A stretch of 63,995 nt of DNA, counting the filler, from Octopus bimaculoides (Eukaryota): assembly GCF_001194135.2 (NCBI RefSeq). It is 8 parts of 6 records of this genome, joined end to end, with 100 filler letters (N's around TTAATTAATTAA, not from the genome) between each part and the next. Parts side by side here need not be neighbours in the genome. Positions count along the whole stretch, not along the records: positions 37,274 to 54,974 come from NC_068988.1; positions 55,075 to 60,970 come from NC_069010.1; positions 61,071 to 62,520 come from NW_026413468.1; positions 62,621 to 63,995 come from NC_068982.1; 4 more parts are not named here. The stretch is one strand, 5' to 3'. Made by a program: the position numbers and the translations under genes. This document shows, piece by piece, positions 50,011 through 62,718 of the stretch. The notes under the pieces were generated by a model. The model was not told the DNA's origin, made no database searches, and saw nothing but the letters and a program-made list of their open reading frames with translations. Position 1 is the first letter of the stretch, and each line of letters starts with the position of its first letter.

Positions 50011-51290
50011 GGTCTTTACAAGCACCTTCCATGCATTTTATGCTGTAAACTACATTTCTATTTCTGCAGTTAATGCCAGGGCTAATCCTACATACCATGC
50101 AGTTATGATTGGTACATATGGTATTCTCAAAGGGGTACGTCCTACATAGTTGTGATCTGATGGAGTTCCCTGGCTTTTCAACAATCTTAATGTTGAGTTT
50201 CGACTCCTTCAGAGCTTTTCTAAACCTACGCGCTAGTTCTCCATGGGCTGTGGCCTCTACAAACATCACTCCTTGATATCTGTTGGTTTTATACCACGTG
50301 TTCGCCTCGTTGGCTTTGTCACAAATTCTTTGTATCCTATTCCATCCTTTGTTTCTATATCTAGGGCAGGTACCACTAGTATCATTATGTATAATCTTAT
50401 CTAACCTCTTTCTAGTTCCCCTGTATACTCGAACCCTATCTTTCTGATCATATCCAGAGAACTGCATGCGGTGCATGAAGTTCTGTATATGTTTTTTCTC
50501 ATCTATATGTATACAACAAGTGATTTTTGCATGCGAGCATGATTGCGTACATATATATACATGTTCATATGTGTATATTTATGTTTCACATATATATGCC
50601 TGTATATGTATATAGTCTGTGTGCATCCATCTGTGTATTTTGATGTATATATGTATATTAATGGTTGCGTATATACTGATGTAAAATATTTATGTAATAC
50701 AACGTGGAAATTTTANNNNNNNNNNCTTTACCTGTGTAAAATGTGGGTATGATATCTATGTATATTTCCTATTTAATATCGGGGAAGTTTCATTTATAAG
50801 GACGTACTCCCATATTTGTCTTAGAGTTGCGTCTTTTGGGTGCTTGGATAAGATGCGGATGTCAAGTTGACCCAAGTTTCCTCCATGCTGGTCTTTGGCA
50901 TGTTGGTAGAATATGGAGGACTGCTTTTTGTTGTCATATTGTCTCATATGTTCGTTTAGCCGTTCCGCAATGCTCCTAGATGTTTCACCTATATATGTCA
51001 TATTCAGGTCTTTACAAGCACCTTCCATGCATTTTATGCTGTAAACTACATTTCTATTTCTGCAGTTAATGCCAGGGCTAATCCTACATACCATGCAGTT
51101 ATGATTGGTACATATGGTATTCTCAAAGGGGTACGTCCTACATAGTTGTGATCTGATGGAGTTCCCTGGCTTTTCAACAATCTTAATGTTGAGTTTCGAC
51201 TCCTTCAGAGCTTTTCTAAACCTACGCGCTAGTTCTCCATGGGCTGTGGCCTCTACAAACATCACTCCTTGATATCTGTTGGTTTTATAC
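50011..51290 (-). mobile_element. Penelope-like element, two tandem partial copies including the GIY-YIG endonuclease (50011-50490 and 50756-51290)
   Basis: NFMHRMQFSGY..MFVEAT..GELARRF; VVYSIKC...YIGETSRSIAERLNEH; E.VLINETSPILN. 50011-50294 matches 51007-51290. Confidence 0.9.
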
Positions 51291-52842
51291 NNNNNNNNNN
51301 NNNNNNNNNNNNNNNNNNNNNNNNNNNNNNNNNNNNNNNNNNNNNNNNNNNNNNNNNNNNNNNNNNNNNNNNNNNNNNNNNNNNNNNNNNNNNNNNNNNN
51401 NNNNNNNNNNNNNNNNNNNNNNNNNNNNNNNNNNNNNNNNNNNNNNNNNNNNNNNNNNNNNNNNNNNNNNNNNNNNNNNNNNNNNNNNNNNNNNNNNNNN
51501 NNNNNNNNNNNNNNNNNNNNNNNNNNNNNNNNNNNNNNNNNNNNNNNNNNNNNNNNNNNNNNNNNNNNNNNNNNNNNNNNNNNNNNNNNNNNNNNNNNNN
51601 NNNNNNNNNNNNNNNNNNNNNNNNNNNNNNNNNNNNNNNNNNNNNNNNNNNNNNNNNNNNNNNNNNNNNNNNNNNNNNNNNNNNNNNNNNNNNNNNNNNN
51701 NNNNNNNNNNNNNNNNNNNNNNNNNNNNNNNNNNNNNNNNNNNNNNNNNNNNNNNNNNNNNNNNNNNNNNNNNNNNNNNNNNNNNNNNNNNNNNNNNNNN
51801 NNNNNNNNNNNNNNNNNNNNNNNNNNNNNNNNNNNNNNNNNNNNNNNNNNNNNNNNNNNNNNNNNNNNNNNNNNNNNNNNNNNNNNNNNNNNNNNNNNNN
51901 NNNNNNNNNNNNNNNNNNNNNNNNNNNNNNNNNNNNNNNNNNNNNNNNNNNNNNNNNNNNNNNNNNNNNNNNNNNNNNNNNNNNNNNNNNNNNNNNNNNN
52001 NNNNNNNNNNNNNNNNNNNNNNNNNNNNNNNNNNNNNNNNNNNNNNNNNNNNNNNNNNNNNNNNNNNNNNNNNNNNNNNNNNNNNNNNNNNNNNNNNNNN
52101 NNNNNNNNNNNNNNNNNNNNNNNNNNNNNNNNNNNNNNNNNNNNNNNNNNNNNNNNNNACATACAACATGCAGCGCGGAATTTTATCAGTGAACAGGTTG
52201 CGGTGTCAAAGCGAGGAAAACATATTGGCAAATTAAATTTAAATGTTGAAATGAATCTAACGGTTTTTATGTATTTCTTAAATGGCTTATAAACACCTTC
52301 CACGCTGCAATTGTTTTCGTTCCAGCACATGATCTCAGTAATTGTTTTCACCTCAATAGACATCATTGATTGGTTGAAATTACTGAAATACTACAACTTT
52401 AACACGAAATAACTTCGAAAATAAAGAATTTTCTTAAAAACGCCAAGAGTAAATGATGTTTTGAATGACACATTCTACCAGTATACGAAATTTGAAAGTG
52501 TTTAGTTACAAAAAATTATTTTTTTCCATGTGCCGGCCAAAAGGAAAAGATCCGTAGTTTCTACTTATCTAGGTTACTTCTGTCCAATTGAACATTCAGT
52601 GACACAGCTCAGGTCGGAAGTTGAACGGAAATCCCTCCATCACTTTTGGATAGTACAAAGAAATTTCTTTCGTGCCTGTTTGGCAAGTGGTGGATCAGGC
52701 GAGCGAGAATCCTTAGATTCAGTTTCGAATCTCAGCTCGGAAAATGAAATATTAGTTTTTACACACAAACACACACATATGCATACATGTATATATATAT
52801 ACATAATGAAACTATCAAAAGTGAAACAATATAAAAGTGAGA

Positions 52843-54974
52843 CTATTTATTGGATGACTTAAGGCATGCGCGCACTTCATCAGCCCTGGTTCCTTTAGGG
52901 ATGACAGGAAGGGTTTGTCGGAAATCTCCTGAAAGCAATAGAGTTACACCACCCATAGAAGCTGTAGAATCCCTGATATCTTTCAGTGGTCGGTCCAGTG
53001 CCTCAAGGGCACCCTTATTGGCCATTGTGCATTCGTCCCATACAATGAGACGGCACTGTCTAAGAACTTCAGCTTCCTCTGGACTTTTGCTAATGTTGCA
53101 AGTAGGAACCTCGGCCCTAACCAAATTCAAAGGCAGCTTGAATGCCGAGTGCACCGTCCTACCTCCTGGCAATAACATAGCGATTCCCGAGGAGGCAACG
53201 GCTAGCGCAATTTGTTTCTCGCGACAAATCTTAGCAAGTATTAATCGTGTTACAAAGGATTTGCCAGTACCTCCAGGGCCATCGAGGAAAAAAATGCCGC
53301 CCACCTGTTTTTCAACGGCACTGGCGACAGTTTCGTACGCCAGCCTCTGATCAGCGAGCAATTTCAGTTCATTTACTCTCAGGTACTCCGCAAGGCTATC
53401 AGCATCATACGACAACTCCAGAAGTAACTTTGGTATGAGTGTATTAACATCCTGTCGCAATGAGGAAGGCAAACCGAATGTGTTCAATGCCGCCCCACCC
53501 ATTTTGAGCAGGGCATCCTCAATTTCAATCAGCGCATTATTGTAGATCAGGTCATTGTATCCAATGTCAGCATTAGGGCACTGTTGCTTTGCCATCCAAA
53601 GGAAGTCCTCGGACATAGGATCCCTGTACTTCACCCACATTTTTGGAGCAAAATAGCGAAGACTTGCCGTAGGCTTTTGGGTGAGTTTAGCAAAGCCCCT
53701 TCATAATATGCCCTTGACGACACTGTTTTAGCCAATGTCACAGAGGGGTCATTGGATTGACGATGTTGAATGCCGAAATGGTAACCATCCTCCCCGCAAG
53801 TGAACAAAAGGGGGTACTGTAGGCTGTCGTAAGAGCGGTGAGTTTCACTAATCCTACGAAGGTTGCCGCCACGGCATGAGATAACTATATCTCTGGGGTT
53901 GTGTTGGTCCCCATGAAGAATGACTGCCACCTCATTGCATGCGGGAGCATTGTAGCAGTGAGCATGCCCCCCAGATGGCCTCTTGTCAGCGTCAATGATG
54001 ACATTGTAGTTGGAACAGGGTGGGTTCTCCAATGCACATTTGAAGCTGAGGATATAACTGTTGTGCTCGTGCAGCATTGTTTGTAGGCCAATTAAGATGT
54101 CTCTGTCGGAAGTTTCAGCCTCTGTGTTGTCTCCATTCGCCTGGAAATCGGCTACTCATGCTGCGGCCTGTTGATTGTAGTCAGAGATGAAATAAAGCTG
54201 CAAAAACGCCGGTGAACTATTGTTAGGGGGCTGGAGTGGCCCAATGAGGTGGTAAACCTGCCCCTGGACCTTAAAAGTTGGCATCCACCTTTCCTCTTGG
54301 ACAACTTTAGCCCCAAAGGAGGTCATCTGGAAAGCGCAGTTGTATGTCCTGATAAGGTGAAGAAATCTGAATGACCTTGGCGCAGACCATGCCAGCAGGT
54401 CCTTCAAAGGTTGTGGAGGGTCTTCAAGTGGTGGCAGCTGCACCTTGTCATTTGAGCAGCACATCCCAGGTGGTTCGGCTGACCATTTCTTAGCATTGCA
54501 GTGCTTACAGGTGGAGCACATACCCTCCAATCTCGATTTCAGAACGAGAGGAGTAGCTTATCGTCGGTTCATAGTTGAAAGCCTTCATGAGCCAATAGGA
54601 ACTTTTGGGGCTTGTAATGCCGCGAGCAGCCTCTCGCCGATGACTATTCTTCTGTAGCCTACCATATCTCTGTAGAGGAGTTTCAGCAGATAGTGTAGTA
54701 GTAGTGGCAGCAGTGTTTTGCGAATTTTGGACTGCTCGTTGTTCCGCAGTCTCGGAGGCTTATGAATTGGCAGTGGCAGCAGCATTCTTTGAATTGCGTA
54801 TTGCCCGTTGTTCAGCTGTCTCGGTTGCTCTTGCATTGACAGCAGCGTTTTTTGAATTGCGAGCAGATTGAGCTGAGCTCGTTTCTTGAAAACGCACTGA
54901 ACAGTCGTACGACCTCCTCCTTTGTAGTCGCATGGCTCTTCGTCACTTTCAGTGACTATCCTGCTCAAAGCATG
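52843..54974 (-). mobile_element. Helitron Rep/helicase remnant (frameshifted, internally deleted, truncated)
   Basis: CKHCNAKKWSAEPPGMCC; FQMTSFGA; FKVQGQVYH; YNAPACNEVAV; YDSLQYPLLF..GEDG; PIF1-type FFLDGPGGTGKSF, VASSGIA..LLPGGRTVHSAFKLP, LIVWDECTM, GDFRQTLPV. Confidence 0.92.
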
Positions 54975-55074
54975 NNNNNNNNNNNNNNNNNNNNNNNNNN
55001 NNNNNNNNNNNNNNNNNNTTAATTAATTAANNNNNNNNNNNNNNNNNNNNNNNNNNNNNNNNNNNNNNNNNNNN

Positions 55075-55095
<21 letters not shown>

Positions 55096-55117
<22 letters not shown>

Positions 55118-55445
55118 AGCACTCTGTCAGTTATGACAACAAGGGTCCTAGCTGATATGATCAACAGAACAGCTTGCTTGTGAATTTAACGTGCACTCCA
55201 CAGACATGTATCCTTAGCATCGGTTGTCAAGCGGTGTTGGGGGTACAAACACAAACACACACTCTCTATATACAGACAACGGGCTTCTCTCAGTTTCCAT
55301 CTACTAAATCCACTCACAAGGCTTTGGTCGGCCCAAGGCCATAGCAGAAGACACTTGCCCAAGGTGCTACGCAGTGGGACTGAACCTAAAACCATGCAGT
55401 TGATAAGTAAGCTACTTACTACACGGTCACTCCTAACCATAAACA
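55096..55445 (-). mobile_element. Chimeric SINE: family B head and body joined to a family A tail
   Basis: 55215-55445 matches family B; 55096-55215 matches family A positions 290-390. Confidence 0.7.
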
Positions 55446-55928
55446 TATTTTAATTAGGTAAATAATACGACATTAAAAGCAATAAAAGCTGGATAAAATA
55501 CCCATGTTCAGGTGAGAAATTTGAGAGCTGATACATAGAACTTATGAGTATGTGTGTGTGTGTGGGGGGAGTGCACTGAATTATCACACAATGTCTGTAA
55601 ACAGAATGTGAGAGTTTTGCTGCGTAATTCAAATGGTGTTATGGTTCAGCTGGAATGTGTTTGTGTGTGCACGTGTGTGTGTGTGTGTGTGTGTGCACGT
55701 GTGTTAGTATGTGTATGTATATAAGTGTGGGTATATATGTGTAAATGTGTGTGTGTATATTGTATGTATATGTGTGTTTGTGTGCATGTATATGTACATG
55801 TGTGTGTGTGTGTGTGTGTGTGTACGTATGTTAGTATGTGTATGTATATAAGTGTGGGTGTATATTTGTAAATGTGTGTGTGTGTGTGTGTATATTGTAT
55901 GTGTATATGTGTGTTTATGTGCATGTAC

Positions 55929-55963
<35 letters not shown>

Positions 55964-55977
55964 TGTGTGTGTGTGTG

Positions 55978-56290
55978 TGGCACCTTGGGCAAGTGTGTTC
56001 TACTATAGCCTCGGGCCGACCAATTTCTTGTGAGTGGATTTGGTAGAAGGAAAATTGAAAGACGCCCATCGTGTGTGTGTGTGCGTGTGTGTGCGTGTGA
56101 GTGTGTGTGTGAGTGTGTGTGCGTGTGTGTGTGCGTGTGTGTGTGTGTGTGTGCGTGTGTGTATGTCTGTCTGTGTCTGTGTTTGCNNNNNNNNNNNNNN
56201 NNNNNNNNNNNNNNNNNNNNNNNNNNNNNNNNNNNNNNNNNNNNNNNNNNNNNNNNNNNNNNNNNNNNNNNNNNNNNNNNNNGCATGTAC

Positions 56291-56325
<35 letters not shown>

Positions 56326-56710
56326 TGTGTGTGTGTGTGTGGCACCTTGGGCAAGTGTGTTCTACTATAGCCTCGGGCCGACCAATTTCTTGTGAGTGGA
56401 TTTGGTAGAAGGAAAATTGAAAGACGCCCATCGTGTGTGTGTGTGCGTGTGTGTGCGTGTGAGTGTGTGTGTGAGTGTGTGTGCGTGTGTGTGTGCGTGT
56501 GTGTGTGTGTGTGTGTGCGTGTGTGTATGTCTGTCTGTGTCTGTGTTTGCCCCGACCACCGCCAACAATTGACAACAAGTGATTGTGTATTTACGTCTCC
56601 AAGTGACCAATATAATAAGTGCCAGGCCTCAAAATAAGTACTTGAGTTGTTTAGTTCGACTAAAATCCCTCAAAGCAGTGCCCCAGCATGGTCGCAGTCT
56701 AAGGACTAAT
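55978..56710 (+). mobile_element. SINE family B with the 5' part present twice across a gap
   Basis: 55925-56186 is repeated at 56283-56550. Confidence 0.8.
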
Positions 56711-57383
56711 AAGTAAAGGAGTGTACGTATATATTTTTATGTTGTTATGTATTTATGTCAGTTAAAAAACATAAGCGCCATTGTAATAATTTTGTCTCCG
56801 CAAATCTGTTTCTATCTAAGTGGGTGATAATGTGTGTGTGTATGTAAGTATGTACACATGCACATACCTATGTGTGTGTGTGTGAGTGTGTGTGTGTCTG
56901 TATGTACACACGTATGTAAAAAAAAATCTGTTTATGTCCATCCTAATCTGAATATGCATTTGATCTTGCACACATGCTCACTACATGTATATATGTGTGT
57001 ATGTTTGTGTGTGTATGCATACTTGTGCATATGTGAATACAGACTGCATGTCTCGGTACATGTTTCGCTCACTCTATCTCTCTCTCTCCATATATACATA
57101 TACATATATATATATATATACATATATACATATATATANNNNNNNNNNNNNNNNNNNNNNNNNNNNNNNNNNNNNNNNNNNNNNNNNNNNNNNNNNNNNN
57201 NNNNNNNNNNNNNNNNNNNNNNNNNNNNNNNNNNNNNNGAGACAGATAGACAGACAAACAGACAGATAGACAGACAAACAGATAGACAGATAGACAGATA
57301 GGCAAATAGACAGACAGGCAGATAGACAGATAGACAGACAGACAGACAGAGACAGACAGACAGACAGAGACAGACAGACAGAC

Positions 57384-57436
<53 letters not shown>

Positions 57437-57469
57437 GACAGACAGACAGACAGACAGACGTACAGACCA

Positions 57470-57830
57470 AGACTCCTGGTGGTTTGCTATACTTGAGAAG
57501 ACACATCAAGCTAAGTAAAGTCATGGTTGTCCTTTCGTACAGGTATAACCCCCTACATCACTGTTCAGCCCAGTGATCCCAATCAAGGAGGATCATGGCT
57601 GCTGGCGCCATGCAAAAAGCACCTGCACCAGTGCCACATCAAAGTGCTGATGCTGGTGCCACATAAAAGCACCCAACACACCTTGTAAAGTGGTTGGCAT
57701 TAGGAAGAGCATCCAGCCATGGAAACCATGCGAAAACAGACATGGAGTCCGGGCAGCTCTTCATCTGGTAAGCTCCTATCAAACATTCTAACCCATGCCA
57801 GCATGAAAAGCGGACATTAAATGATGATGA
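57470..57830 (+). mobile_element. RTE LINE 3' end
   Basis: DSWWFAILEKTHQAK*, then 3'UTR and (GAT)n tail. Confidence 0.8.
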
Positions 57831-57853
57831 GTGATCATGGTGATGAAATACAG

Positions 57854-57880
57854 GGGTTAGGGTTAGGGTTAGGGTTAGGG
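57854..57880 (+). repeat. Short interstitial (TTAGGG)4
   Basis: GGG(TTAGGG)4 read directly. Confidence 0.9.
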
Positions 57881-58059
57881 TTTTGTGTTAGTTGTAAGCT
57901 GTTTTCTTTGTTTCCAATTTTCTGTGGAAACATGTATGGTCGTAGGTAAATATTGAGAGGTTCGAAAGGGAGGAAGTTTGGCAACAGGCAGAGCATCCGA
58001 CCCACCACAACAAAATTTCCATCCAGTCCGTAAGAGCATGGGAAAGTGGATGGTAAAAA

Positions 58060-58243
58060 CAACAACAATGTCAATGACAACGACGATGATGATGATGATG
58101 ATGACGATGACGACAATGATGATGGTCATGATGGTCATGATGACGATGTTGTTGATGATGATGGTAGTGACGATGATGATGATGATGATGGTGACAATGA
58201 TGGTGATGATGACGATGTTGTTGATGATGATGATATTGATGAC

Positions 58244-58285
<42 letters not shown>

Positions 58286-58310
58286 GATGATGGTAGTGAT
58301 GATGGTGATG
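58060..58310. repeat. (GAT/GAC)n compound microsatellite
   Basis: Direct reading; source of the poly-Asp and poly-Met pseudo-ORFs. Confidence 0.95.
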
Positions 58311-58424
58311 TCTGGTATTTATTTTATTGACTTATATGAATCCACACCTCCATCCCCCAGAGAGTAAAGCCGCCATTCCCAACATTGCTAGTCTAATGAT
58401 TGAAACCAATACTTGAAAGATTAA

Positions 58425-58498
<74 letters not shown>

Positions 58499-58812
58499 CA
58501 GACACACACACACATATATATATTTATATATTTATATATATATATTTATATGTTGCTACACACTGATAGCTGTATGATTTAGTGTTTATATATTTAGTAA
58601 TACAATCGTGAAAATATCTCAACAAGATAGAATGGAAGTGCAGCACTTGCTGAGATGAAACGCTTGGGGAATTGTATCCAAGACTTGCTGACTTACTGTT
58701 AGTCATTAACTAATGAGTATTGGCTGTTTTAGTAAATGACTGCATCATGACTATCCTAGTCGTTTAATCAATGGGACTATTTATTCATTATATTCTACAG
58801 ATACCTATCTGT

Positions 58813-58864
<52 letters not shown>

Positions 58865-58884
58865 GCATATATATTATATATATG

Positions 58885-58889
<5 letters not shown>

Positions 58890-58918
<29 letters not shown>

Positions 58919-58925
58919 AATGAAT

Positions 58926-58970
<45 letters not shown>

Positions 58971-59294
58971 GATAGCAAGAGAGAATGAGATAAATAGATA
59001 TGGATAAATATTTATTTGTGTATGGATGTATGTATATGTGTGTGTGTGTTTATGTATATACAGACATACATCATCATCATCGTCATCATCATCATTGTTT
59101 AACGTCCGCTTTCCATGCTAGCATGGGTTGGATGACTTGACTGAGGGCTGGTGAAACTGGATGGCAACATCAGGCTCCAATCTAATTTGGCAGAGTTTCT
59201 ACAGCTGGATGCCCTTCCTAACGCCAACCACTCAGACACAAACACAAAACAAACACATACATATATATATACATGCATATATATTATATATATG

Positions 59295-59330
<36 letters not shown>

Positions 59331-59341
59331 TGAATGAATGA

Positions 59342-59372
<31 letters not shown>

Positions 59373-59700
59373 GATAGCAAGAGAGAATGAGATAAATAGA
59401 TATGCATAAATATTTATTTGTGTATGGATGTATGTATATGTGTGTGTGTTAATGTATATACAGACATACATCATCATCATCGTCATCATCATCATCATTT
59501 AACGTCCGCTTTCCATGCTAGCATGGGTTGGACGATTTGACTGAGGACTGGTGAAACCGGATGGCAACACCAGGCTCCAATCTGATTTGGCAGAGTTTCT
59601 ACAGCTGGATGCCCTTCCTAACGCCAGCCACTCAGACACAAACACAAAACAAACATATATATATATACATGCATATATATTATATATATGTATATATATG

Positions 59701-59734
<34 letters not shown>

Positions 59735-59751
59735 TGTATGTATGAATGAAT

Positions 59752-59796
<45 letters not shown>

Positions 59797-60260
59797 GATA
59801 GCAAGAGAGAATGAGATAAATAGATATGCATAAATATTTATTTGTGTATGGATGTATGTATATGTGTGTGTGTTTATGTATATACAGACATACATCAACA
59901 TCATCGTCATCATCGTTTAACGTCCGCTTTCCATGGGTTGGACGATTTGACTGAGGACTGGTGAAACCAGGTGGCTACACCAAGCTCCAATCTGGATTTG
60001 GCAGAGATTCTACAGCTGGATGCACTTCCTAACGCCAACCACTCCGAGAGTGTAGTGGGTGCTTTTTACGCGCCACCGGCACGAAGGTCAGTCAGGCGGT
60101 ACCGGCAACGGCCACGCTCAAAATGGTGTTTTTTACGTGCCACCTGCACAAGAGCCAGTCCAGCGGCACTGGCAACAATCTCGCTGGAATGTCTTTACAC
60201 GTGACACCGGCACAAGAGCCAGGAAGCGCGACACTGGGCACAGGTGCCATCACGATTTTG
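58890..60260 (-). repeat. Tandem triplication (~400-420-bp unit) of an RTE 3' tail plus flanking microsatellites
   Basis: TAGATAGATAGCAAGAGAGAATGAG at 58965, 59367 and 59791; RTE tails at ~59072, ~59472 and ~59890, the last extending into the repeat-containing 3'UTR. Confidence 0.9.
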
Positions 60261-60729
60261 CTTCAGATATACATATATGTATATCTATGTGTTTATGTAT
60301 GTGCATACACAGACACACATACACATATATATGAGGGCGTGTGCCTTAGTGGGCAAAGCATTGCACTCATAAATCATGGGTTGCAAAGAGAGCATCTATA
60401 CTAAACCCAAGGTTCTGGGAGGTGGTTAGTAGGCTCATCAATAAGAAGACATAGTCAAGTGATGAGATGAAGGGCAACATATGAGTCAGGTGGAGGAGGT
60501 AAGGAAATGCCACAAGTCAGTGATTGCAAATGATTTAAGGCTACACTATTGGATATGATTATATTATCTGATATGAAAAATGACTCACTTGTAGTCATTC
60601 ATGACTAGAAATTATGCATTACATGAGTCATACAGCAGATCAAAATCAAGAGGTAGAGGTCAACTGATAAGGTATCTTTTGCTTATTTGGGCTTTTGAGT
60701 TTACCTGCTCTCTCTCTCTCTCTCTCTAA

Positions 60730-60777
<48 letters not shown>

Positions 60778-60799
60778 TGCTCAAATTTACAGAAAACAA

Positions 60800-60970
60800 A
60801 AGACAAAGACAACAACATGGTTCTGGGTTGGAACCTTGGGCAAGTGTCTTCTATAGCCTTGTGAGTGAATTTGGTAGATGGAAACTGAAAGAAGCCCGTC
60901 ATATATATATATATATATACATGCATATGTATGTATTTGTGTGTCTGTGTTTCTACCTCCACCATCACTT
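60800..60970 (+). mobile_element. SINE family B 5' part
   Basis: CCTTGGGCAAGTGTCTTCTATAG...GGTAGATGGAAACTGAAAGAAGCCCGTC. Confidence 0.8.
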
Positions 60971-61477
60971 NNNNNNNNNNNNNNNNNNNNNNNNNNNNNN
61001 NNNNNNNNNNNNNNTTAATTAATTAANNNNNNNNNNNNNNNNNNNNNNNNNNNNNNNNNNNNNNNNNNNNAAAACAAAAAAAAAAAACGATTCCTATATA
61101 ATCGCAAACACCAGGAAATCGATATAAGCCAAAAGCGAAATGTGCGAAGGATAATAACTTATTGTGTTATTCTTGCAGGCGTTGATGTGGTTAAAACAGA
61201 AATTGTAGAAATCAGCAACAACAACAATAAGGATGGTAATTCTCATGTTGCGGGGCAAAAGACGAACAAGTTTAGGAGAGTTTGTGATAGTTGATTACAT
61301 CGACCCCATTGCTCAACAATATATTGACTGCTACTTTACTTTATGGGCTCAGTTCCTCATCTCAACCTGCTGAAGAGGCAAAAGTTAAAGTCTACCGTGT
61401 TACAGTTTTGTCCGGCTTACAAACGATTTTGCTTGGCTAAACTAAATGCTATAACTTAATGATTATAATAATAATAA

Positions 61478-61828
61478 TACTTTCTACTATAGCTACAAGG
61501 CCTGAAATTTGGCCGAATGAGACTAGTCGATTATATCGCCACTAGTGTTCCACTGGTACTTAATTTATCGATCCCGAAAAAATAAAAGGCAAAGATGACC
61601 TCCGCGGGATTTGAAATCAGAATGTAGTGACGGGTGAAATACCGGGAAGCATTTCGCCCGGCGCGCTAACGATTCTGCCAGCTCGCCACCTTAACAATAG
61701 TTTCAAATTTTGCCACATGACAACAATTTGGTGGCGGGGATGTGTCAATTACGACCGCCCCAGTGTTCAACTGGTACTTAATTTATGTACCCGGAAATGA
61801 TGAAAGGGAAAGTCGACCTCGTCACCTT
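61478..61828 (-). mobile_element. Two tandem family C SINEs (full 61478-61693, partial 61697-61828)
   Basis: Reverse-complement homology to family C. Confidence 0.85.
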
Positions 61829-61859
61829 ATGATGATAATAATAATAATAATAATTGTGA

Positions 61860-62170
61860 TTTTCTTACCACACTGCGCCTCCCGCCACGACGGCCCATCG
61901 AATAGATTTGATCCCCTCGTTTCACAGTGCGCGCGCATTAACTTTGACTTTGCAAACTTCATGTTTCATATTGAAAAAATGGTGTAATCCCATTTTCACT
62001 GCTGGCAGGTCGGTTGCAATGTCACTACAAATAACTTCGTCTAACTTAGCTACTAGCTCTTCCTTTCTATTTTTTTCTAACTCTACTTCTTTGCTAAACC
62101 CTATCGATATTACACTAATGTCTCTTTTGAGAGCACCCTTGTCAACTTTTGCTTAACTGAATTGTTGACC
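61860..62170 (-). mobile_element. Tx1/L1-like ORF2 fragment (endonuclease-RT linker region)
   Basis: FSKEVELEKNRKEELVAKLDEVI..GLHHFFNMKHEVCKVKVNARAL*NEGIK resembles L1-clade linker segments recalled from memory. Confidence 0.45.
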
Positions 62171-62199
62171 TGGTCCTTGCTAGCCTTACGTTTCGGAAA

Positions 62200-62443
62200 C
62201 GACATGTTCAGATGACCCTCTGCAGTTGATCGACTTGACGTGTGTCGTGCCTGAGTCGGCGCGAATATTGAACATTTGTTAAATCGTTCATGGAATCTAC
62301 GAATCTTGGAATTTCTCATTCAAATTTGGAGGAATAAATCTTACGTTGCTTATCATTAAGCCTGTTTAATTTCATTCGCTTTGACTATGTAGTTTCTGTG
62401 ATATTTACATCTCAAATGATATCAACTGTTTTGAAACACCCTG
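62200..62443 (-). mobile_element. Tc1/mariner-type terminus
   Basis: TA|CAGGGTGTTTCAAAA start on the minus strand; the other end is not seen. Confidence 0.5.
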
Positions 62444-62620
62444 TATATAAAAATCTACATTCACTGTTCCATTACCAGTTAATAATTATCGCAGCAGTTG
62501 CAAGATTGCAAGGTATTTACNNNNNNNNNNNNNNNNNNNNNNNNNNNNNNNNNNNNNNNNNNNNTTAATTAATTAANNNNNNNNNNNNNNNNNNNNNNNN
62601 NNNNNNNNNNNNNNNNNNNN

Positions 62621-62661
<41 letters not shown>

Positions 62662-62687
62662 ATGAGCGCATTCAAATGCATATCTGA

Positions 62688-62718
<31 letters not shown>

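Noticed and set aside
50670-50715. CTGATGT...GAAA in the Penelope UTR as a hammerhead
   Set aside because: The core is non-canonical, antisense to the element, and lacks stem II.
52530-52862. 110-aa plus-strand ORF and a minus-strand acceptor at 52736
   Set aside because: No recognisable domain; all minus frames stop within about 35 codons.
55925-56550. Tandem duplication of a SINE 5' half
   Set aside because: The copies look identical and flank a gap, so this is most likely a contig-overlap artefact.
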